DNA of 64,000 bases from Candidatus Moranbacteria bacterium GW2011_GWC2_40_12 (GTDB lineage Bacteria > Patescibacteriota > Minisyncoccia > Moranbacterales > UBA11712). Shown one piece after another: positions 9,860-17,581 of the stretch. Location of the stretch: the NCBI GenBank assembly GCA_000995965.1, contig LBYD01000002.1:135889-199888 (forward strand). Direction: 5' to 3'. Positions within the stretch are counted from its first letter, which is position 1, and each line of letters begins with the position of its first letter. The translations under genes were made by a program, and so were the position numbers. The notes beneath the pieces were generated by a model that saw nothing but the letters and a program-made list of their open reading frames with translations, was not told where the DNA came from and ran no database searches.

Positions 9860-10054
9860 AAAAAAAATCGGCACACATCTGAAATATGCCGACATTATTC
9901 ATTCTATTTTTGGTCATTAATTATTGTTTTTTTCTTAATTTTTCCATCCCTTCTTCCGCGATTTTGCGAAATTCGTCATAAAATAAATTTTCCATCATCT
10001 TTTCCAGAAGATCGAGCAGTTTTTTTCGGTTTTTGTAAACAAATGCCATATTAG

Positions 10055-10522
10055 TTATTCTCTCTTCCGTATATCTGCCAAAGCGTCCATGTCATGAAAA
10101 AATTTCTTATTCGGCGTGTCATAAACTTTTTTCCATTCAACGTCCTTGAGCTGATCAAAATCGTTAATGGTGATTATATCCACAACCTCTTTCGTTTTTT
10201 TCTTGTCATATCCCACTGAATCCAAAATGTCTTTGGCTATTTTAGCGCCGGCCAGCATATGCACCAGTTTCGCGTTGACGATTTTTTTTGGTCCAGTCAC
10301 ATAGGCAAAATGTTCCGGAAGAAGCAACGCATGACCAATGTCGTGCATCATTGCAACTGGAATGATCACGTCTTTGTCATGCTTTATATTTCCCTGGTAG
10401 CTTAATACTAATTTTACAGTTTCTTTCGCATGCACGTCATCACCCGGACGGCCTTTTTTCAAGATCGGCAAAGCCTTTTTCCAGATTTTTTCGTATTTCT
10501 CCGGAAGGTTCTCGATTTTCAT
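10055..10522 (-). CDS. HD-domain phosphohydrolase
   Basis: 155 aa with HAKETVKL and MMHDIGHALL, an H..HD metal-binding signature. Confidence 0.65.
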   Translation of the reverse strand: MKIENLPEKYEKIWKKALPILKKGRPGDDVHAKETVKLVLSYQGNIKHDKDVIIPVAMMHDIGHALLLPEHFAYVTGPKKIVNAKLVHMLAGAKIAKDILDSVGYDKKKTKEVVDIITINDFDQLKDVEWKKVYDTPNKKFFHDMDALADIRKRE

Positions 10523-10526
10523 AAAA

Positions 10527-12074
10527 TTACGCTTTCCTTAAAATTTTAACGATCCCCCTATTGGCATCAACCTCGACTAGATCGCCGTCTTTCAAAATTT
10601 TCGTGGCAATTTTTGTTCCGACGATGCAGGGTTTCTTGAGTTCCCGAGAAACAATCGCCGCGTGCGAGATAATTCCTCCTGTGTCCGTCACGATCGCTGC
10701 CGCTCTTTTGAGACCCATAATCAAATCCGGATTAGTTGCCGAGGAAACCAATATATCCCCGTCTTTTACTTTGGCTGCATCTTTAGCGACAAGAACTATT
10801 TTCACCATTCCTTTAGCTTTTCCTTTATACGCCATCATCCCTTTGAGTTCACCAGTTTTCTCCTGGTCGAACTCTTTGTCGCTTTCTATTTTCAGTTTAG
10901 TAATAATTTCTTTTGCCTCCTTGCCTTCAAAAACTTTTATTCCCCCATTTATTGCGATATAACAACAGCGCCTTGTCCTTTCTTTCGCAATCTTTCGGTA
11001 TTTTTTTGCTTTCCTGTTATTAATCGCATCCTTGATATCTTCGAGCACTAAATATTTAATCTCCTTGGATGTCATCACTAATCTTCTCGCGATCTCATTA
11101 ATTATTTTATCCATGGCGACATATGATTTCTGATAAATTCCTTTTCGGAAATCCTTGATGAACATCATTTCCGCTGAAACTTGAAACGCATACTTCAAAT
11201 TTTCTGGCAGTTTTATTTTTTTTTGAATCCTCTGTTTCTCTTTCCTAATATTTTCATAATGATTCAGTATTATATTTTTCTGCTTCTTGGCGTCCCCTGT
11301 TTTCAGATTTTCGGCAAGCGCCCCAAGAAGATATTCCGCAGTCATGGCCGGTCCGGCATAGGCATATGTCAGCCAACCAAAATCTTTGAGATGTTTTTGA
11401 AATAGCTTATCAACCGACGGATACTTTTCGCTAAAATTTTTGTAATTGTTCTTTTCAATGTCCTGAATGACATTTTTTGATTTTTTGTCGGCCATTATTT
11501 TCAGGAGTAAATCCAACCTGGCAATTTCTTCTTCCTGAACTTCACTTTTCTTTTCGCTGGAGCTAAGAACCGTATAGTAATCACTAAACTTTTTCTCCTG
11601 CCCAAGTTTTTCAAGATACTTTCTAAACTCTGCTATGAGATAATCGCTCAAATAGGCTTTCTCCATCCCATCCATTGACGAAGGGATCCAACCCCAAACT
11701 CTCAAGGTCCGCAGTTTCCCCATATAATCAAGATACAATTGTAATAATTGCTTATCGCTTAATTTTTTTACGTTGGCTATTCTGTCAATGCGTTTGCAGA
11801 ATTTCATCAGTTCATCGCTATACTGATAAATGTTCTTGATAGATTTTCGGAAGAATGCTTTATCATCGATTAACTTTTTCAAAAAACCTTCTCCGACAGC
11901 ATTTGCCGATTCGCGATCATAATACATATGAATTCGGTCCTTTTCAAAATAGACGACAGCTTTTTTCACCACTGCCCTGGAAATTTTTCCTATATCTTTG
12001 GTAATCGTGAGGTCAGAAATATACCATGGGTAGATATACATATTGTCCCGCTCAAAAAGAAGTTTGAGAGCCAT
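10527..12074 (-). CDS. PEP-utilizing mobile domain protein, paralog 6
   Basis: 515 aa with C-terminus GGIISHAAIVSRELKKPCIVGTKIATKILKDGDLVEVDANRGIVKILRKA. Confidence 0.75.
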   Translation of the reverse strand: MALKLLFERDNMYIYPWYISDLTITKDIGKISRAVVKKAVVYFEKDRIHMYYDRESANAVGEGFLKKLIDDKAFFRKSIKNIYQYSDELMKFCKRIDRIANVKKLSDKQLLQLYLDYMGKLRTLRVWGWIPSSMDGMEKAYLSDYLIAEFRKYLEKLGQEKKFSDYYTVLSSSEKKSEVQEEEIARLDLLLKIMADKKSKNVIQDIEKNNYKNFSEKYPSVDKLFQKHLKDFGWLTYAYAGPAMTAEYLLGALAENLKTGDAKKQKNIILNHYENIRKEKQRIQKKIKLPENLKYAFQVSAEMMFIKDFRKGIYQKSYVAMDKIINEIARRLVMTSKEIKYLVLEDIKDAINNRKAKKYRKIAKERTRRCCYIAINGGIKVFEGKEAKEIITKLKIESDKEFDQEKTGELKGMMAYKGKAKGMVKIVLVAKDAAKVKDGDILVSSATNPDLIMGLKRAAAIVTDTGGIISHAAIVSRELKKPCIVGTKIATKILKDGDLVEVDANRGIVKILRKA

Positions 12075-12162
12075 AAATTTTGCTTTTATTTGAAATATTT
12101 CCTTAATCCCCCTACTATATAGAGTAAAGGCAAATAGCTAATAAATCAATCATCTACATCTT

Positions 12163-12879
12163 ATGTCCGGACACTCACATTTCGCGGGAATAAAGCATAA
12201 AAAAGCCGCCCAGGACGCCAAGCGCGCGGGAGTTTTCACCAAGGTCGCGCGACTGGTGACTCTGGCCGCCAAAGAGGGAGGAGGCGACCCGGTCACGAAC
12301 TTCAAGCTGCGCCTCGCCATTGACCAGGCGCGGGCGGTGAATATGCCCAAAGACAATATCGACCGGGCGATAAAGCGAGGAACAGGCGAGCTAAGGGACC
12401 AAGCCGCGATCGAGGAAGTTGTGTATGAAGCCATGGCGCCGGGGAATATCGCCATGCTTGTGAAAACCGCGACCGACAACAAAAACCGGACTCTTGGAGA
12501 AATCCGGAACATCGTGGAAAAATCCGGCGGCAAAATGGCGTCAGCCGGAAGCTTGCAATATCTTTTCAAAAATATAGGGGTGATATACACGACGACAAAC
12601 AAAGATAATGCAAATGATGTCGAACTCAAGGCCATCGATGCCGGAGCAGCAGACACAGCCTTTCAAGGGGAGATTCTGCAAATTTTCACCGACCCGCGCG
12701 ATCTCAAAGGGATCAAAGAAGATCTGGAGCAAAAAGGAATTCAAATTGACAATGCCGGGCTGATATTCATGCCCCTTTCCCCAATTCAAATTGACATGGA
12801 AACAAAAATTGACTATGAAAAACTTTTAGAAAAATTGGATGAGTTGGATGACGTTCAAGAAATATACGATAACTTGTAA
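12163..12879 (+). CDS. yebC: YebC/PmpR-family probable transcriptional regulatory protein
   Basis: MSGHSHFAGIKHKKAAQDAKRAGVFTK..KEGGGDP..N.KLR is a canonical YebC/TACO1 N-terminus, and the conserved yebC-ruvC synteny is present. Confidence 0.85.
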   Translation: MSGHSHFAGIKHKKAAQDAKRAGVFTKVARLVTLAAKEGGGDPVTNFKLRLAIDQARAVNMPKDNIDRAIKRGTGELRDQAAIEEVVYEAMAPGNIAMLVKTATDNKNRTLGEIRNIVEKSGGKMASAGSLQYLFKNIGVIYTTTNKDNANDVELKAIDAGAADTAFQGEILQIFTDPRDLKGIKEDLEQKGIQIDNAGLIFMPLSPIQIDMETKIDYEKLLEKLDELDDVQEIYDNL

Positions 12880-12880
12880 A

Positions 12881-12960
12881 AACTCGCGAATGCGGAGCTA
12901 ATGCAATGCGAATAAGTGCGAATTCGCTCAAGTTAGCTTTAATTCGCTCAAATTAGCGAG
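12881..12960. repeat. attcgc-family palindromic repeat element (intergenic yebC-ruvC)
   Basis: aactcgcgaatgcggagctaatgcaatgcgaataagtgcgaattcgctcaagttagctttaattcgctcaaattagcgag, made of left-arm gcgaat units and right-arm attcgc units. Confidence 0.65.
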
Positions 12961-13466
12961 TGCGTATTATTGGAATCGACCCGGGAACGGCCACGACAGG
13001 CTGGGCCGTCGTTGAGGAAGTGAAAAAAAATCCGCGGCTCATTGCTTGCGGGTGCATCAACACGAGCAAATTTAACTCCGACGCGGAGCGGCTGGTTGAA
13101 ATTGGGCGTGATATCGGTTCGCTCATCAAAAAATACAAGCCCGATGAAGCAGCCATTGAGGATCTTTTCTTTTTCAAAAATTTGAAAACCGCCATCACTG
13201 TCGCCCAAGCGCGCGGAGTAATTCTCTACGAAATAAAAAAAAACGGGGTGTCCCTTTCAAATTATACTCCGCTTCAAGTGAAACAAGCCCTCACCGGATA
13301 CGGCCGGGCTGAAAAAAAACAAATTCAGATCATGGTAAAAAATATTTTGAAGCTCCGCTCGGCTCCAAAACCGGACGACGCCGCCGACGCGGTCGCGATT
13401 GCGATATGTCATCTTAACTCGCGAATGAGAGAGCGAATTAATCGCGAATCGGAGCGAACTCGATAA
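12960..13466 (+). CDS. ruvC: crossover junction endodeoxyribonuclease RuvC (GTG start; C-terminal tail encoded by a repeat element)
   Basis: RIIGIDPGTATTGWAVVE.., AIEDLFF.KN and ADAADAVAIAICH motifs. The last ~16 aa (SRMRERINRESERTR) are read from the attcgc repeat at 13416-13522. Confidence 0.85.
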   Translation: MRIIGIDPGTATTGWAVVEEVKKNPRLIACGCINTSKFNSDAERLVEIGRDIGSLIKKYKPDEAAIEDLFFFKNLKTAITVAQARGVILYEIKKNGVSLSNYTPLQVKQALTGYGRAEKKQIQIMVKNILKLRSAPKPDDAADAVAIAICHLNSRMRERINRESERTR

Positions 13467-13522
13467 CAAGACACACTGTTATTCGCTCGTATTCGTTTCA
13501 CATTTGCTCAAATTCGCGAGTT
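13416..13522. repeat. attcgc-family palindromic repeat element (full-length, with terminal inverted repeats)
   Basis: aactcgcgaatgagagagcgaattaatcgcgaatcggagcgaactcg...ttattcgctcgtattcgtttcacatttgctcaaattcgcgagtt; termini aactcgcgaat and attcgcgagtt. Confidence 0.7.
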
Positions 13523-13594
13523 TTTTGTTGACAAAACCGCCCAAAAGCGGTATTTTTTAATCAGTATTTTACCTAAATTTAAGCCAAAAACCAT

Positions 13595-14248
13595 ATGGAC
13601 AACGTAAATCCGTTCGTCACCTTGGCGGCCACTAGCGGAGTGCCCCTTGACACCCTGGTTCTAGTGTTGATTCTTCCCATCATCGTCACAATGATCGCTT
13701 TCTTCCGCCAAGTGATCGGGATCAAAGCTTTCGGCATCTATACGCCGGCTATCATCACTTTTGCCTTGCTTGCCACCAGCCAGCTGAAATACGGAATCAC
13801 GATTTTCGCTACTGTCATTGTCGTTGGAACAATCACTCGTTATCTTCTCAAAAAGGCGAGGCTCCTTTATCTTCCTCGCGTAGCCATCATGATCACCGTG
13901 GTCGGATTTTCAATCCTGCTTCTTCTTTTTGTGGGAGGAGCCTGGAACCGGACCGGGCTTGCGGGCGTGTCCATCTTCCCGATTCTCATTATGATAACAC
14001 TGGTTGAAAAGTTCATCGCCGTTCAAATCGAAAAGGGAAACCGGGCCGCTGTCATCCTCTCGCTCGAGACGCTTTTCATTTCGGTTATCGGCTACTATAT
14101 CGCGAGCTGGCCGCAACTAATCAGAATGATTTTGCACTATCCGTGGATCAGCCTGCTTACCATTCCGATAAACATTTTTTTAGGAAAGTGGACCGGCCTT
14201 CGCCTATCAGAATATTTTCGTTTTAGGCAGATTATCAAACCTAAATGA
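13595..14248 (+). CDS. 7-transmembrane membrane protein (7TM partner of RimK-like ATP-grasp systems)
   Basis: 217 aa with seven hydrophobic segments; sits immediately upstream of, and translationally coupled to (ATGA overlap), the alpha-L-glutamate-ligase-like gene. Confidence 0.5.
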   Translation: MDNVNPFVTLAATSGVPLDTLVLVLILPIIVTMIAFFRQVIGIKAFGIYTPAIITFALLATSQLKYGITIFATVIVVGTITRYLLKKARLLYLPRVAIMITVVGFSILLLLFVGGAWNRTGLAGVSIFPILIMITLVEKFIAVQIEKGNRAAVILSLETLFISVIGYYIASWPQLIRMILHYPWISLLTIPINIFLGKWTGLRLSEYFRFRQIIKPK

Positions 14249-15651
14249 TTTCATATTTCAAGGCTCGACGAAATATATTGGGAATGAACGCCCGCAATCT
14301 TCGGTTTATCCGCCCGAACAATCTTCGGCGAGCCAAAAAAATCGCCGACGACAAGCTTTTGAGCAAAAAAATTCTTGAGAAGGCCGACCTTCCCGTTCCG
14401 AAACTAATCGCGAAAATAGGAAACTTCGAAGAACTTGAAAATTTCGAATGGGGAATTCTTCCGGAAAGCTTTGTCCTGAAGCCCAACCGCGGATTCGGCG
14501 GAGAAGGAATTTTGGTCGTTTACGGAAAGAAGAAACATCTCGAAAATACCTGGATCAAGGCCGACGGTTCAATCGTGACGGCGAATGACATAAAGACGCA
14601 CGTGAGAAATATCTTAGACGGGAGTTTTTCCCTGGCCGGCGTTCCCGACGTTGCTTTTTTTGAGGAAAGACTCAAACTTCTCAAGCTTTTCAAAACTTAT
14701 GCCTACAAAGGAATTCCGGATATCCGAATAATCGTATACAATAAGGTGCCCGTGATGGCGATGCTGCGCCTTCCGACGCGCGAATCAGACGGAAAAGCCA
14801 ATCTCCAGCAGGGAGCGATCGGCGTGGGAATTGATATGGCCACAGGCGTGACTACCACGTCTGTCCTCGGAAAAGGAAAAATGATTGACTATATACCGGG
14901 AACGCGTCTTCTTCTTTCCGGAATCAAAATTCCCTACTGGAAAGATATGCTCCGAATGGCTGTCCGGGCGCAGGAAATTTCCGGCCTGGGGTTTTTGGGC
15001 GCCGACGTTGCCATTGACCGGGACCGGGGACCGGTCTTTTTGGAGCTCAATGCCCGACCGGGGCTTTCCATCCAAATTGCGAACACCGACGGATTGCTGG
15101 GGCGCTTGCGCCGGGTCGAAGATCTCAAGATAAAAACTGTCGAAAAAGGCGTGGCAGTTGGGATGAATCTTTTCGGCGGTGAAATCGAAGATGAGATTGA
15201 AGGAATTTCAGGAAAGAAAATAATTGGAATAATCGAGAAAGTAAGGCTGATCGGAAAAAAGGAAAAAGAAGTCGAAGTCGAGGCGAAAATCGACACAGGC
15301 GCGCAATCATCATCACTGGATATCGACATTGCAACTCAACTGGGTTTTGGAGAAATCGCTGATAAATTTTCAAGCATTGATCTTTCCTCTTATGAAATAG
15401 CCCCTGAAAATGAGAGCCGCATCAAGAAAGATATCCTGGAAAAATACAAGGATTTTGTCCCGGGGCTTGAAGATGTCGCTGTTATTTTTTCCGCCAGCGG
15501 AAATTCGATCCGCCCGGTAGTAAAAATAGAATTTGAGATGGACAAAGAAAGAATTATCTCAAAGATGAATTTGGTGGATCGGAAAAATCTCAAATATCCG
15601 ATGATTATCGGAAAACGCGACCTGAAAAAATTTTTAATCGAAGTGAAATAA
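14245..15651 (+). CDS. alpha-L-glutamate ligase-like (RimK-related) ATP-grasp fused to DUF785 retropepsin-like aspartic protease
   Basis: N-terminus MNARNLRFIRPNN..ADDKLLSKKILEKADLPVP...FVLKPNRGFGGEGILVV...FLELNARPG is RimK-related. C-terminal EVEAKIDTGAQSSSLDIDIA carries the D-T-G-A aspartyl protease motif of the RimB/DUF785 family. Confidence 0.65.
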   Translation: MISYFKARRNILGMNARNLRFIRPNNLRRAKKIADDKLLSKKILEKADLPVPKLIAKIGNFEELENFEWGILPESFVLKPNRGFGGEGILVVYGKKKHLENTWIKADGSIVTANDIKTHVRNILDGSFSLAGVPDVAFFEERLKLLKLFKTYAYKGIPDIRIIVYNKVPVMAMLRLPTRESDGKANLQQGAIGVGIDMATGVTTTSVLGKGKMIDYIPGTRLLLSGIKIPYWKDMLRMAVRAQEISGLGFLGADVAIDRDRGPVFLELNARPGLSIQIANTDGLLGRLRRVEDLKIKTVEKGVAVGMNLFGGEIEDEIEGISGKKIIGIIEKVRLIGKKEKEVEVEAKIDTGAQSSSLDIDIATQLGFGEIADKFSSIDLSSYEIAPENESRIKKDILEKYKDFVPGLEDVAVIFSASGNSIRPVVKIEFEMDKERIISKMNLVDRKNLKYPMIIGKRDLKKFLIEVK

Positions 15652-16625
15652 TGAAAAAAGTTTTGATATTATTCAGCAAAAGCGATTGGAAGACCAGTAC
15701 TCCCCCCAAAGATAAAGCTTACCGTTATTCGTATGAATATTTTTACACGCTTTGCAGAAAAAACAACATTCAAGTGTACCGAGCTTCTTATGAATGGTAT
15801 GACTTCAAGAAAAAGATTTTCAAATATGCTTGGATTTTTGAAAGTGCCGGAAACAATTGGCAAAGAGTCCGGAACATCAAGCCGGACTTTATTTATGACA
15901 AGACAAAGGCACGTCCCGAAATATTTTATAAAAAGGATTTGATAGGTCTAGATTATCCTTTCATAAATCATCTTGAATTCACAAAGATTGTTGACAACAA
16001 GTATACCAACAGCCTTATGTTTTTTAGGTGGAGCAAAAAAGCTTGGCTGGCCCATAATCAAAAGGAGATGAAAAAAATTATTAGGAGCATAAAGACCAGC
16101 AAAATTGTGCTAAAGCCATTGCGCCAGAGCGGGGGTGAAGGTGTTCAAATATTAAATAAGGCGGATGCGTCGAAGTGCCCTAATTTCAATCAGACGCACC
16201 TGTTGCAGGAATTTATCGATTCCTCAGAAGGAGTTCCGGGAGTGGTAAAAGGCATTCATGATCTGAGGCTTATTATGGTTAACAATGAGCTCATATATTC
16301 GTTAATCCGGCAACCTGCCAAAGGCAGTTATCTCGCTAATCTGGCTCAAGGAGGAACAGTGACGTTCATACCATTAAATAAGGTTCCCAGATCTGTCTTT
16401 CCTATTATTAACCAAGCAAAAAAACTTTTTGAATCATTCCGACCTCGAATTTTTTCCATTGATGTTATGTTCGATAAGAAAAAAAAGCCTTGGGTCGTGG
16501 AATTAAATTCAATGCCAGGGCTATATTTTTCTCCAAAAGGAAACCGCTACATGGAAAAGATGTATGCAGCGTTATTAAAAGTTTTTCAGGCTCGCTTAAA
16601 AGATTTATCTGGGAAAAAAATATGA
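15651..16625 (+). CDS. ATP-grasp ligase, YheC/YheD-like (tandem copy A)
   Basis: KIVLKPLRQSGGEGV.., GIHDLRLIMVN.., RQPAKGSYLANLAQGGTV and ELNSMPGL. Confidence 0.6.
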   Translation: MKKVLILFSKSDWKTSTPPKDKAYRYSYEYFYTLCRKNNIQVYRASYEWYDFKKKIFKYAWIFESAGNNWQRVRNIKPDFIYDKTKARPEIFYKKDLIGLDYPFINHLEFTKIVDNKYTNSLMFFRWSKKAWLAHNQKEMKKIIRSIKTSKIVLKPLRQSGGEGVQILNKADASKCPNFNQTHLLQEFIDSSEGVPGVVKGIHDLRLIMVNNELIYSLIRQPAKGSYLANLAQGGTVTFIPLNKVPRSVFPIINQAKKLFESFRPRIFSIDVMFDKKKKPWVVELNSMPGLYFSPKGNRYMEKMYAALLKVFQARLKDLSGKKI

Positions 16626-17581
16626 AAAAAGTTCTCATTCTATATGGGAAAAAAGGCGTAAAGCGACCTCCCTTTGAAAATGATTCCTACCGGATTTCTT
16701 ATGAAATCCTTTACGCCCTTTGTGAGAAAAGAGGAATAAAAATGTTCCGTGCTCCTTATCAAGAATATGACCACAAAAAAAAATATTTCAAGCGGGCTTG
16801 GTTTTTTGACGCGAAACATAAACGCTGGAGCATAACAAAAAATGTCATACCCCATCTTATTTTCGACAAAACTGCGGCAAACTCTCAAGCCGACTGCGAA
16901 AAAGAATCGATCGGGAAAGATTATTTATTTTTCAATGCGCTTGAATTTTCCCAGCTGGTAAGAAATAAACTCGCGATTAGCCTGTTATTTAGCAAATGGA
17001 GCAAAAAAAGCTGGCTCATCGAAAACAAACGCGACTTAAAAAAAATATTACTCAAAATTACCACCGGTAAACTGGTCATCAAGCCGCTAAGGGGCGGCGG
17101 GGGCAAAAATGTCCAGGTACTCGAAAAAAAGGACGCCCTCAAAAACGCTCGCCTAAAAGGTACCTATTTGATTCAGGATTATATTGACTCTTCAGCCGGC
17201 ATTTCCGGCATTAGCAAATCCATGCACGATTTACGGTTAGTTATGATTAACGATAAGATTATCTATTCTTTCGTCCGAGAGCCAAAAGCAGGATGTTTTC
17301 TCGCAAATTGTTCGCAAGGAGGAACTTTGAAAATTGTCCCTTTGAAAGATATTCCGAGGTCTGTTTACCCGATCATTAGCCATGCAACAAAAATGTTCAA
17401 TACTTTTTCTCCCCGATTTTATTCAATTGATCTAATGTTTGACAAAACAAAAAGGCCATGGGTAGTCGAGCTCAATGCCATGCCCGGGCTTAACATATGC
17501 GCTAAGGAAGAGAAGCCATATATTTTACGGTTGTATAAGGAACTAGCCAAGGTTTTTAAGGCTAAAGCAGAATTATGCTAA
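16622..17581 (+). CDS. ATP-grasp ligase, YheC/YheD-like (tandem copy B)
   Basis: Paralog of the preceding gene (KLVIKPLRGGGGKNV, HDLRLVMIN, REPKAGCFLANCSQGGT, ELNAMPGL). Start set at ATG 16622 (MKKVLILYGKKG), which is coupled to the upstream stop; the track ORF begins further upstream at 16490. Confidence 0.6.
   Translation: MKKVLILYGKKGVKRPPFENDSYRISYEILYALCEKRGIKMFRAPYQEYDHKKKYFKRAWFFDAKHKRWSITKNVIPHLIFDKTAANSQADCEKESIGKDYLFFNALEFSQLVRNKLAISLLFSKWSKKSWLIENKRDLKKILLKITTGKLVIKPLRGGGGKNVQVLEKKDALKNARLKGTYLIQDYIDSSAGISGISKSMHDLRLVMINDKIIYSFVREPKAGCFLANCSQGGTLKIVPLKDIPRSVYPIISHATKMFNTFSPRFYSIDLMFDKTKRPWVVELNAMPGLNICAKEEKPYILRLYKELAKVFKAKAELC

Noticed and set aside
9078-9917. 279-aa minus-strand ORF
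   Set aside because: It is antisense to the high-GC histidine-phosphatase gene. Long spurious ORFs are expected in GC-rich DNA, and it has no motifs, whereas the plus-strand frame has RHG/SH motifs plus its own promoter, RBS and terminator.
12150-12656. 168-aa minus-strand ORF overlapping yebC
   Set aside because: It is antisense to a clearly recognisable YebC gene with relatively high GC; the ORF is Ala/Ser-rich low complexity and spurious.
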